NCBI GenBank assembly: GCA_964372395.1
Contig: CAYJQV010000003.1
Location: forward strand, 11,124 to 75,123
DNA length: 64,000 nt
Direction of reading: 5' to 3'
From: an uncultured Planctomycetia bacterium
Lineage (GTDB): Bacteria > Omnitrophota > Gorgyraeia > 1-14-0-20-64-10
Shown: in pieces, positions 56,476 to 64,000 of the stretch
How the letters are laid out: the number at the start of each line of letters is the position of its first letter
How positions within the stretch are numbered: position 1 is the first letter of the stretch
The notes under the pieces: generated by a model
What the model was told of the DNA's origin: nothing
The model's database searches: none
Seen by the model: only the letters and a program-made list of their open reading frames with translations
Program-made: the position numbers and the translations under genes

Positions 56476-56718
56476 CTACTTCTTCGACTCGCAGCTCGAT
56501 CCGGTGCAGGCCGGGCAGCACCTCACCAGCGAAACCAGAAGCACCGCCCCCGCCAGCCCGACAAGGACGTAAACCGCTTTCGCTGCAGCAGGCACCGCCC
56601 CCAGCAGCTTCTGCACCAGGTCCAACCCGAACAAGGCCACCAGCCCCCAGTTCAGCGCCCCGATCCCAGCCAGAAGCGCAACGATCTTGCAGACCGCGCA
56701 TTTCTTGCCGCCTGTCAT
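56476..56718 (-). CDS. DUF378-family small membrane protein
   Basis: 80 aa, two TM helices; VALLAGIGALNWGLVALFGLDLV... is typical of DUF378. Confidence 0.6.
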   Translation of the reverse strand: MTGGKKCAVCKIVALLAGIGALNWGLVALFGLDLVQKLLGAVPAAAKAVYVLVGLAGAVLLVSLVRCCPACTGSSCESKK

Positions 56719-56832
56719 GGGTCACCTCCTCCACGTTTTTATCTGGAGAAATCCCGCGAAGCGGGCCTCCTCGTTCGCCCCCATTCTACCACCTCGGGCC
56801 GGTTCCAGAACCCTTGTTCTGCCCGCGAAGCA

Positions 56833-57050
56833 TCATCGCTCGCAGATCCCGCGGCGGTGCCCGATGCGCAGGATGAGGACGCTTCTTCCCGTGACCTTGC
56901 AGATGACCCGATCATCTCCGGCCCTCAGTTTCCGGCAGCCCTTCAACGTGCGCCTCAGAGGATCTCCAAACCGCCCCGGGCCAGGCGTGAGCTTCTCTTC
57001 AATCGCTTTCCGGATCCTCCGCCTTCCCTCCGCGGAGCTCCACGTCACGC
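56833..57050 (-). CDS. RelE/ParE-family toxin-like ORF, apparently without cognate antitoxin gene (possible remnant)
   Basis: The C-terminal ...KLRAGDDRVICKVTGRSVLILRIGHRRGICER matches the RelE/ParE signature (YR-x-RVGDYR-iiY...ILRIGHR). Only a GTG start is available. The upstream 75-nt gap has a 26-codon frame ending in a GTGA overlap but no start codon. Confidence 0.45.
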
Positions 57051-57125
57051 CGCGGCTTCCGCCGGGCGGCCCCGGACCTGAGAGTGGCGCAGCGCCTTCC
57101 TTTTCAAGAACCCCTTTGTCGACGG

Positions 57126-57839
57126 CTAGTCGTATCTCTCGCAGGCGAGCTGCTCCCTGCGGTAGCCCAGCTTCAGGCACGCCTCCTGCACCGCCTGGAT
57201 CATCTCGTTCAGCCCGCAGACGTAGACCCTGCGCCCCGCCGGCTCCGCGAAGAATCTCTCCATCTTCGTCTGGACATACCCCGTTTCCCCCCTCCAGCCC
57301 GCACCCGGCCGGCTGATCGTTGGGATGTAGGTGAAGCTCGGATGGCGCCCGGCCAGCTCGAGGAACTCCTCGTGATACGGGATCATGGTGTCGTACCGGG
57401 TCCCGAAGAGCAGCCATATCCGCCGCTCGAATCCCGCCGCCAGGAGGTGGCGAATCATGCTGCGGAACGGGGCGATGCCGGTCCCCACCGCCACGAAGAC
57501 GATGTCGAAGCCGATCGCCTCCGGCAGGATGAACTTGCCCAGGGGGCCATGCACGCGGAAGCGGTCCCCCTCCTTGAGCCGCCAGAACCAGTTGGTGACC
57601 ACCCCGCCCTGCACCAGCTTGACGATGAGCTCCAGGTGATCCCGCTCCTCCGGCGGGGAGGCGATGGAGTAGGCCCGGCGGATGATCTTTCCCTGATGCG
57701 GGCAGAGGACCGCCGCGAACTGCCCCGCGGTGAAATCCATCCCCTCTCCGGGATCGAACGCCAGGTCGAACTCCCGCGTGTCGTTCCCGAAATCGGTGAT
57801 GCGGCTGAGCGTGACGTCGAGAATCCGGGGCTCGGGCAC
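57126..57839 (-). CDS. ferredoxin-NADP+ reductase-like FAD/NAD(P)-binding oxidoreductase
   Basis: FAD motif RAYSIAS, NAD(P) motif FVAVGTGIAPF, and a C-terminal YVCG... motif. Confidence 0.8.
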   Translation of the reverse strand: MPEPRILDVTLSRITDFGNDTREFDLAFDPGEGMDFTAGQFAAVLCPHQGKIIRRAYSIASPPEERDHLELIVKLVQGGVVTNWFWRLKEGDRFRVHGPLGKFILPEAIGFDIVFVAVGTGIAPFRSMIRHLLAAGFERRIWLLFGTRYDTMIPYHEEFLELAGRHPSFTYIPTISRPGAGWRGETGYVQTKMERFFAEPAGRRVYVCGLNEMIQAVQEACLKLGYRREQLACERYD

Positions 57840-58295
57840 CTACGGGGAGGGTTGTTGGCTATCGCGCCGCTCGAACCGCGCAAGCAAGAATTCCATGAAG
57901 ACCCCCAAGGTGGTCTTGGCCCGCTCCAGCCGGTCGATTTCCGTCGAATCCAGCCAAACCCCACCGCAGCCCCCGCACACGTCCATCCCGACATCCTGTG
58001 ACCGCGGAGCCGGGGCCTTGTGCATTGGGCGGTTGCAGCGCGGGCAGTGGGCCTCCTTCTCATCAAGATGCTGGTCGAGCTGTCCTCCGACGACCGGTGA
58101 GTCCAGGATGGCCAGCCGCGCCTTCAGATACCGCTCCAGCTCGCCATGATCGAACCAGATTCCGCCGCAGGAGAAGCACCGATCCACCTCGAGGCCTTCC
58201 TTCTCCGGCCTGCCGCCCAGTTCTGGTTTCTCAGGCGCCGTGAAGCTCGTCACCACCGTCTTCTGAAGCTTTCCAACGCACTTGGGACAGTTCAT
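57840..58295 (-). CDS. tandem zf-TFIIB-type zinc-ribbon protein
   Basis: MNCPKC...CFSCGGIWFDHGELERY and CPRC...CGGCGGVWLDSTEIDRL. Confidence 0.6.
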   Translation of the reverse strand: MNCPKCVGKLQKTVVTSFTAPEKPELGGRPEKEGLEVDRCFSCGGIWFDHGELERYLKARLAILDSPVVGGQLDQHLDEKEAHCPRCNRPMHKAPAPRSQDVGMDVCGGCGGVWLDSTEIDRLERAKTTLGVFMEFLLARFERRDSQQPSP

Positions 58296-59049
58296 CTGTG
58301 CCCTCCCTGTCGAAGCAAGTATATCACGGACGGGGCCTGCCCTCTCCCCGGTGTGGTACCATCACTCCGTGGGCCAGTTCACGCTCTCCTACAGCTCGCT
58401 GCGCCTCTTCACCGACTGCCCGCGCTGCTTCTGGCTGGACAAGGTGAGGGGGATCTCCCGCCCGGAGACGATCTTCCCCTCCCTGCCGGGCGGGATGGAC
58501 GGCGTCATCAAGAGATACTTCGACCGGTACCGGGCCCAGGGACAGCTTCCCCCGGAGCTGGATGGGAAGGTGACCGGCCAGCTCTTCCCGGATCAGAACG
58601 TGCTCAACGCCTGGCGGGACCGGAAGCGGGGCATCCGGTACGTCGACCCGCTGACCGGGGCGACGCTGATGGGGGCCTTCGACGACTGCCTGGTCCGGAA
58701 CGGCCGCTACCTGCCGCTCGACTACAAGACCCGCGGCTATCCTGTCAAGGAGGATACGCCCTCTTACTACCAGGACCAGCTCAACATCTACGCCCTGCTT
58801 CTCAGAGAGAACGGCTACCCTCCCGCCGGCCATGCGGTCCTGGTCTTCTACCATCCGCTCGAGCAGGCGGACGGCGGCCGTGTGGCCTTCCACATGCACC
58901 CGGTCAAGATGGAGACCGACCCGGACCAGGCGCTGAGCCTGCTCCGGGAGGCGGCGGTCCTCCTCTCCCGCCCGACCTGCCCGCCGGCCGGCGGGGAATG
59001 CCGCTTCTGCGCCTGGGCCGCCCGGAGCCAGGTCGAGACAGAGTCCTGA
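58282..59049 (+). CDS. PD-(D/E)XK nuclease-superfamily protein (Cas4/DUF83-like, 4-Cys cluster)
   Basis: N-terminal Cys (CPRC) and C-terminal CPPAGGECRFCAW, with a core LDYKT motif. No CRISPR array or other cas genes are nearby. Confidence 0.6.
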   Translation: MGQFICALPVEASISRTGPALSPVWYHHSVGQFTLSYSSLRLFTDCPRCFWLDKVRGISRPETIFPSLPGGMDGVIKRYFDRYRAQGQLPPELDGKVTGQLFPDQNVLNAWRDRKRGIRYVDPLTGATLMGAFDDCLVRNGRYLPLDYKTRGYPVKEDTPSYYQDQLNIYALLLRENGYPPAGHAVLVFYHPLEQADGGRVAFHMHPVKMETDPDQALSLLREAAVLLSRPTCPPAGGECRFCAWAARSQVETES

Positions 59050-59074
59050 ATGACGGCGCTGATGGAAAGCTGCC

Positions 59075-59740
59075 ATGGCCCGGCCCTACGCTCTTGAGCT
59101 CTCCCTAAGGCAGGCAGAGATCTTCAAGACCCTGCCCTCCAAGGACCGGCAGCGCATTGCCTCGCTGTCCCGCGAGCGGACCTACGCCAAGGGCGAGACG
59201 CTCTTCCACGAGGGCCGGCCGTCGGACAGCATCTGGCTGGTCCTCGAGGGGCGCGTCCATCTTCTCCACCATCTGGCCGTCGGCCGGGTGCAGACCACCT
59301 GCGTCATGACCCCCGGAGAAACCTTCTGCTGCCTGCCCGCCCTGGACCGGGGCACCTATCCGGCCACCGCGGTCGCCGCAACCCAAGCCAAGGTTCTCCA
59401 GATCCCCAGTTCCCTCTTCCACGAGATGATGAAGCGCTCCCCCAGGATGACCGAAGAGGCGATCTGCCTCTTCTGCAGCCGCCTGCGGCAGGTGGAGGAG
59501 AGAGGCTGCATCGCCCACGACCCCGTGGAGCGCCGGATCGCCCAGGCCCTCTTGACCCTCCGGAAGAAATTCGGAGACGCCATCCCGCTGACCCGGCAGG
59601 AGATCGCCGATCTCGTCGGAACCACCGTGGAGACCGCCATCCGAACGATCAGCCGCTTCCAGGCGGAAGGCTGGATCCGCGCCGGCCGGGGCCAGATCCG
59701 GCTCCGCAATCCCGACGCGCTGAACCTCCTCCTGCGGTAA
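59075..59740 (+). CDS. Crp/Fnr-family transcriptional regulator (no N-terminal Fe-S Cys cluster)
   Basis: cNMP-binding-like beta-roll plus C-terminal HTH TRQEIADLVGTTVETAIRTISRF. E and R are 4 residues apart, as in FNR. Confidence 0.85.
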   Translation: MARPYALELSLRQAEIFKTLPSKDRQRIASLSRERTYAKGETLFHEGRPSDSIWLVLEGRVHLLHHLAVGRVQTTCVMTPGETFCCLPALDRGTYPATAVAATQAKVLQIPSSLFHEMMKRSPRMTEEAICLFCSRLRQVEERGCIAHDPVERRIAQALLTLRKKFGDAIPLTRQEIADLVGTTVETAIRTISRFQAEGWIRAGRGQIRLRNPDALNLLLR

Positions 59741-59785
59741 CCTCCGCCCGCCGCCCTCCGGGGCGCGCCCCGAAAATTTCCACTT

Positions 59786-59801
59786 TATGATCCGGATCAT
59801 A
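59786..59801. promoter_or_regulatory. FNR-type operator TATGATC-CG-GATCATA (TGAT-N4-ATCA core)
   Basis: A perfect 16-bp palindrome about 27 nt upstream of the hemerythrin-like ORF and 46 nt downstream of the regulator gene. It matches the FNR/Dnr consensus TTGAT-N4-ATCAA at 8 of 10 positions. Confidence 0.55.
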
Positions 59802-59827
59802 CCCCCGCCCTGCCCCCTGAAGTAACC

Positions 59828-60403
59828 TTGCTGATGAAAGAGAACGGTGCCGCCATGACCGCCATGAAACGGTGGGACGAAGGAGTGCAGGAAGATCACC
59901 AGGCCCTGGAATCCCAGGTGGGAGCCCTCGAGGCGGCCTTGGGCGTTGATGTCACCCCGCAGGACCGCCGGGTCGTTCTCTCCTGGATTCTCCGGGGGTT
60001 GTGGCCATCCTTGGAGCTGCATCTGCGGAAGGAAGAGGAGGTTCTGTTTCCAGCCCTTCAACAGCTGCTGGGGGAATCTGCCGGCGCGGTGACGCTGCTC
60101 AAGGAGCAGCACCGGGAGCTGCGTGCCGCACTCCGGCACCTCGCCGAGCTGCTGCAGGAGCCCCAGGGCATGGACTGGCCGGCGGTCAAACTGGCCAGTC
60201 AGGCATTCACGGAGCTCCTGGAGGATCATGAGGCGAAGGAAGAGCGCCTCCTCCTTCACGTCCTTGAGGCCGGCCTGAAACCGAAAGAGCTCAAGGAGCT
60301 GGCAGCGGCTTTCCATCACGTCACCCAGAAGGCGGTCCTGGAGGAAGGCTGGCCCACCGGCTGGCCGACCCATTCCGCCAGGGAGCTGCGCCATCACGGG
60401 TGA
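59828..60403 (+). CDS. hemerythrin-like (HHE cation-binding) domain protein
   Basis: Spaced His/Glu ligands (...EDHQALE..., ...HLRKEEEVLFPAL..., ...EQHRELR..., ...EDHEAKEE...). Confidence 0.7.
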   Translation: MLMKENGAAMTAMKRWDEGVQEDHQALESQVGALEAALGVDVTPQDRRVVLSWILRGLWPSLELHLRKEEEVLFPALQQLLGESAGAVTLLKEQHRELRAALRHLAELLQEPQGMDWPAVKLASQAFTELLEDHEAKEERLLLHVLEAGLKPKELKELAAAFHHVTQKAVLEEGWPTGWPTHSARELRHHG

Positions 60404-60477
60404 GAGCGGACGAGCCGCCGGCTCGCCTGGTACACCGCCGCCAGACGCCCTTAAGAACCCCCCGCCGCCTCAAGCCC

Positions 60478-61239
60478 CTACCGCTTTCGCCTGAGAATCC
60501 CTGAATGGAGGCAACTGATCATGAACCGATCCACCGAATGATCCAGCTCGAAGTCCCCACGCCCTCTCAGGAACTCCAGGACCGCCGCCTTGGGGCCCGG
60601 CTGGTGGCGGGTCGCGCTCACCCTGTCCAGATGCGTATCGTTCACCACGATGTACCCGCCTGGCGCAACGAACGCGGAATAAAGCTCCAGCTCCTTGAGG
60701 ACGTGCCCCTTTGTGTGGAGGGAGTCCAGAATCACCAGAACCCGCTTCCCTTCCACCCTCACTGCGATCTGATCCAGAACCTCCTCGGAGACGCTGTCCC
60801 CCTCCAGGAAGATGATCCGCTCGAGCAATCCCGGCTGAATCTTCGCTGTACGGAGCGTCTCGTTCCAATGAACAGGATTCAGATCCACGGTGATGACCCT
60901 GCCCTCCCCGCCGAGGGCCTCCAGCACCCCGGCCAGATACAGGGAAAGCCCGCCGCGGTAAGTCCCGGTCTCAACCACAAAATCGGGCCTCGTCCTCTCG
61001 ATGAGAAGCTGGTAGGTCCAAAGATCCTCCGGGAATTGAAGGATGGGCACCCCCAGCCACGTGTTGAGCCACTCCCGCCGTCCCTGCGCCAGCTCCAGCG
61101 CCCGATGTGCCACCCATCGGTCGAGCGCCCTCGAGTACGGCTTCTGAGCGACGGCGACCACCCCCGCCGCCGCCAGCAGACCAACCGCCGCGGCGGCCAT
61201 GGCGCCTCTGCCCATCCCGGTCACCCTCCCCCTGAACAA
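60478..61239 (-). CDS. CmcI-family (cephalosporin hydroxylase-like) class I SAM-dependent methyltransferase, N-terminal signal/TM
   Basis: ...LIERTRPDFVVETGTYRGGLSLYLA... is the CmcI fold. Confidence 0.7.
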   Translation of the reverse strand: MFRGRVTGMGRGAMAAAAVGLLAAAGVVAVAQKPYSRALDRWVAHRALELAQGRREWLNTWLGVPILQFPEDLWTYQLLIERTRPDFVVETGTYRGGLSLYLAGVLEALGGEGRVITVDLNPVHWNETLRTAKIQPGLLERIIFLEGDSVSEEVLDQIAVRVEGKRVLVILDSLHTKGHVLKELELYSAFVAPGGYIVVNDTHLDRVSATRHQPGPKAAVLEFLRGRGDFELDHSVDRFMISCLHSGILRRKR

Positions 61240-61303
61240 ACTGTCATCTGAAATTCATCCTTCCGTCATCTCCATCCTGTATTATTGAAGGTGGAGGCGA
61301 AGA

Positions 61304-62068
61304 ATGCCCATGCCGCACGACACGGTGACAGGACCCGTTTCACCACGCCGGATGCAGCTTGCCCAGTGGCTCTTTGTCGCGCTCGCCTACGGCGCGGCCG
61401 GCACAGTCACCGGGCTGGCGCTCCTGCCGGCGGCCTTCCTTTTAGCCGCCTGGTGGGACTGCTCTCACGGCCTGCCCTGGGCAGTGCGCCTGGGTGTCTC
61501 CGGCCTCTGCCTGGGGTGGGGATACTTCCTGTTCGGCCTGTCCCTGCTGGGGCTCACCGCCGCGATCTGCCGCGCGCTGCGCCTCGCCGTGCGCGAGGGA
61601 GATTACCCCTTCTTCTCGGCCGCGGCGGCCCGCTGGGTCTTCAGCTACCTGCTCACCCTGACCGTGCAGACGCTCTTCCTGAACTTCATGCGCTCGACCC
61701 CTCTCATCTGCAGCTGGTACCGCGCGATGGGAGCCGAAATCGGGCGAAACGTGCAGATCAACACGTCCCATCTGAACGACGCCTCTCTGCTGGAATTCGG
61801 AGACGGCGTTCTGGTGGGCGCCAACTCGCTCTTCATCTGTCACGCGACAGAAGGCGGGATCCTCACACTGCGCAAGACGCGCCTGGAGCCCGGCGCGGCG
61901 GTCGGCGCCGGGGCGGTTCTCATGCCCGGCGTCACGGTCGGATCCGGCGCGGTGATTCTTCCCGGCTCAGCCGTTCCCGCCCGCACCCGGATCCCCGCCG
62001 GCGAGGTCTGGGCCGGCGTCCCCGCGCAGTGCGTCAAGCCCGGCGCGGTCCGCTCCCCGCCCGCGTAG
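61304..62068 (+). CDS. membrane-anchored hexapeptide-repeat (left-handed beta-helix) acyltransferase
   Basis: N-terminal TM helices followed by hexapeptide repeats (...GDGVLVGANSLFICHATEGG..., GAAVGAGAVLMPGVTVGSGAVILPGSAV). Confidence 0.65.
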   Translation: MPMPHDTVTGPVSPRRMQLAQWLFVALAYGAAGTVTGLALLPAAFLLAAWWDCSHGLPWAVRLGVSGLCLGWGYFLFGLSLLGLTAAICRALRLAVREGDYPFFSAAAARWVFSYLLTLTVQTLFLNFMRSTPLICSWYRAMGAEIGRNVQINTSHLNDASLLEFGDGVLVGANSLFICHATEGGILTLRKTRLEPGAAVGAGAVLMPGVTVGSGAVILPGSAVPARTRIPAGEVWAGVPAQCVKPGAVRSPPA

Positions 62069-63760
62069 TTACGCACCGCCGGCGCCGTCCAGATGGCCCT
62101 CCAGGAACCGGATCGCCCGCTCTTCCGCCCAGCAAAGAGGCCGGCCGGGCCACGGTCCGCCGAGGAACCCGGCATGCCCGCCATGGGAGGGGAACTCCGC
62201 CGTCAGGAACCGGTTCGCCGCCACCGCAGCCACGGGCAAAGCCTCCTCCGGCAGGAACGGGTCGTCCCGGGCGTTGATCAGGAGAGTCGGCCTCCGGATC
62301 GCGGGGAGGAATACATTCGAGCTGGATCTGCTCCAATAGTCCGCTGCGCCCCGGAAACCGTGAACCGGCGCCGTGACCGCTTCGTCAAACTCGGCCAGCG
62401 TGCGGGCGGCTGAAAGCGCCTTGCCGTCCGCGAGGTCCGGATATTTCTTGAGCTTCGCCCGCGCCTTGCGTTTCATGCTCAGGACCAGCCGGCGCATGTA
62501 GACCCGGCTGAATCCCCGCTCCAGCGCCCGCGCTGACCGGGCCAGGTCGAACGGCGTGGAAATCGCCGCCGCCGCCCGCACCTCCGCCGGCAGCGCCTCC
62601 CCCTGCTCGCCCAGGTATTTCAGCAGGACGTTGCCTCCCAGCGAAATGCCGGCGCACAGAACCGGGCTGCCCGGATCCTCCTGAATCACCCTCCCGATCA
62701 CCCAGGCCAGATCGGTGGTTTCGCCCGCATGGTAGGAGCGCCTCAGCCGGTTCGGCTGCCCGCTGCAGGACCGGAAATTCACGCCGATCCCGCGCCATCC
62801 CTTCGCGCTCGCCGCCCCGAGCAAACCCAGCACCGGCTTGGAACGTGAAGATCCTTCCAGGCCATGCAGGACAACCAGGACCGGAGCGCCCCGTTTGCCC
62901 GCCAACCGGTCCACGCCGAGGAAATCCCCGTCCGGCGTCTCCCACCGCTCCCGCCGGAGCGTGACCCGCCGCCCCGGCCGAAGGATCGATCCCCAGATCG
63001 TCTGCGCATGAGCCCCGCGGCACCACCAGGCCGGCCGGAAACCGGAGCTGGCCGGAGGCCGCAAGCTGGAGGCGGCCGCCGGGCCCGTGGCCAGCTTCGC
63101 CGGGAGCCACTTCTCCAGACAGTCGGCCACCGCCTCCCCCATCCTCCGGTATCCGTTCACGTCCGGATGCAGCCCGTCCGCGCTGCTCACGAGATTGCCC
63201 TGCCGGTCAGGGTCCTGCATCACGCTGAAGAGATCGCAGAAACCCAGCCCCGCTTGCCGGCTGTGCCGCCGGATCCAGCCGTTCACCTGCCGCATCCGCT
63301 CCAGGACGGCAGGTGAAGCCCCGTTGTACGGCAGGATCGTGCAGGCCATGACCGGGATCCCCTGCCCCGCGGCCAGCGCATAGATCCCCTCCAGGTTCTC
63401 CTGGATCCGCTCGGGAGGGTAGCCCTGGTAAAGGTCGTTCACGCCGGCCAGGACAATCACCGCGTCCGGCTGAGACCTCTTCAGGTCCCGCTTGAACCGC
63501 CGCAGGATCTGGTCGGTCCGCTCCCCGTTCACCCCCCGGTTCAGGAAGCGCCGGCCAGGATAACGCCGGGCAGCCCAGTACGTGTATTGGCTTTTCTCGT
63601 TTCCCGAGCCGTCTGGCGGGGATTCCGCTGGGGACCGGAACTCCGGGGTTCCGGCAGTCGTGGAGTCCCCAAGCGCGAGGATCGTCACCTCACCCTCCGC
63701 CCGGGCGGAGGAGGGTGTCGCGAAGAGGACCGCAAGGCTGATCCACCGCGCAACTCTCAT
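62069..63760 (-). CDS. secreted SGNH/GDSL hydrolase fused in-frame to a YheT-like alpha/beta hydrolase
   Basis: Signal peptide MRVARWISLAVLFATPSSARA. A GDSTT block with GxND and DGLHP motifs follows, then an alpha/beta-hydrolase domain (GISLGGN nucleophile elbow). I place the start at about 63758-63760; the ORF-track upstream extension is rejected. Confidence 0.65.
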   Translation of the reverse strand: MRVARWISLAVLFATPSSARAEGEVTILALGDSTTAGTPEFRSPAESPPDGSGNEKSQYTYWAARRYPGRRFLNRGVNGERTDQILRRFKRDLKRSQPDAVIVLAGVNDLYQGYPPERIQENLEGIYALAAGQGIPVMACTILPYNGASPAVLERMRQVNGWIRRHSRQAGLGFCDLFSVMQDPDRQGNLVSSADGLHPDVNGYRRMGEAVADCLEKWLPAKLATGPAAASSLRPPASSGFRPAWWCRGAHAQTIWGSILRPGRRVTLRRERWETPDGDFLGVDRLAGKRGAPVLVVLHGLEGSSRSKPVLGLLGAASAKGWRGIGVNFRSCSGQPNRLRRSYHAGETTDLAWVIGRVIQEDPGSPVLCAGISLGGNVLLKYLGEQGEALPAEVRAAAAISTPFDLARSARALERGFSRVYMRRLVLSMKRKARAKLKKYPDLADGKALSAARTLAEFDEAVTAPVHGFRGAADYWSRSSSNVFLPAIRRPTLLINARDDPFLPEEALPVAAVAANRFLTAEFPSHGGHAGFLGGPWPGRPLCWAEERAIRFLEGHLDGAGGA

Positions 63761-63788
63761 TGCGCGGCGGGGAATGAAGCAGGAAAGC

Positions 63789-63977
63789 TTAGCGGGGGCC
63801 GCCCTTCCGCTTGGAGAAGCACTCCTTGCAGTAGACCGGACGGTCACTGCTCGGCTGAAATGGAACCTCGCACTCCTTCTTGCAATCCGCGCAGACCGCC
63901 TTGAACATCGGCCGTCCCCCACCGCCGTACCCGCCGCCACCGTACCCGCCACCTCCACCACCTTGTTGAAACGCCAT
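63789..63977 (-). CDS. small glycine-rich CxxC...CxxC zinc-ribbon protein
   Basis: MAFQQGGGGGGYGGGGYGGGGRPMFKAVCADCKKECEVPFQPSSDRPVYCKECF.... AGGAGG RBS lies 6 nt upstream. Confidence 0.55.
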   Translation of the reverse strand: MAFQQGGGGGGYGGGGYGGGGRPMFKAVCADCKKECEVPFQPSSDRPVYCKECFSKRKGGPR

Positions 63978-64000
63978 CTCTCCTCCTCTGTTTGCTGCCA

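Noticed and set aside
62069-63961. ORF-track start at 63961 for the GDSL/alpha-beta hydrolase fusion
   Set aside because: The first 67 codons are Arg/Ala/Ser-rich. The Met at about 63760 begins a classical signal peptide.
1-64000. tRNA, rRNA or other canonical RNA genes
   Set aside because: No stretch showed tRNA cloverleaf hallmarks (e.g. GTTCGAATCC-like T-arm) or rRNA-like conservation. The only sizeable non-coding region, 2170-2667, does not resemble a known RNA gene by eye.

Overview
This is a high-GC (roughly 65-70%) bacterial chromosomal segment, densely coded, with many stop/start overlaps and several promoters that sit within a few nucleotides of the start codon (leaderless-style). 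From start to end it carries: a nuoA-B-C-D block on the minus strand whose nuoD 3' end is atypical, with a 0.5-kb hairpin-rich spacer between nuoA and nuoB; thyA-folA and leuC-leuD; a large secreted protein I could not place; an M24 aminopeptidase, cbiX, plsC, cca, cstA, an HDAC-like gene and def; and an Rrf2-regulated suf operon (sufC, sufB, sufD, A-type carrier, sufS, a sufU-DUF59 fusion) in which sufB carries a 408-aa intein with a LAGLIDADG homing endonuclease, followed by cysM- and moeZ-like sulfur-relay genes. Further on are terC, a ygfZ-like gene, nth, lexA and ispH. The most unusual region is a roughly 19-kb minus-strand hopanoid supercluster (hpnC-hpnD-hpnE, ispA, dxs, shc, hpnH, hpnG, hpnA, hpnL). 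It has a complete 2-aminoethylphosphonate pathway embedded in it: a split phosphonopyruvate decarboxylase, a PhnW-like transaminase, and a convergent PEP mutase fused to a cytidylyltransferase. It also carries two CDP-alcohol phosphotransferase-family genes, one of them fused to a nucleotidyltransferase, plus a Rieske protein and a prenyltransferase-repeat protein. I read this as a candidate system for a phosphonate-decorated hopanoid, which to my knowledge is undescribed. A cdaA-cdaR fusion, a DhhP-type phosphodiesterase and mgtE lie just upstream of hpnC; beyond them are an FNR-family regulator with an FNR-type operator facing a hemerythrin gene, and assorted hydrolases. Three families of short palindromic repeats recur in the window, and two of them sit in-frame inside conserved genes. 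I found no rRNA, tRNA or CRISPR array.
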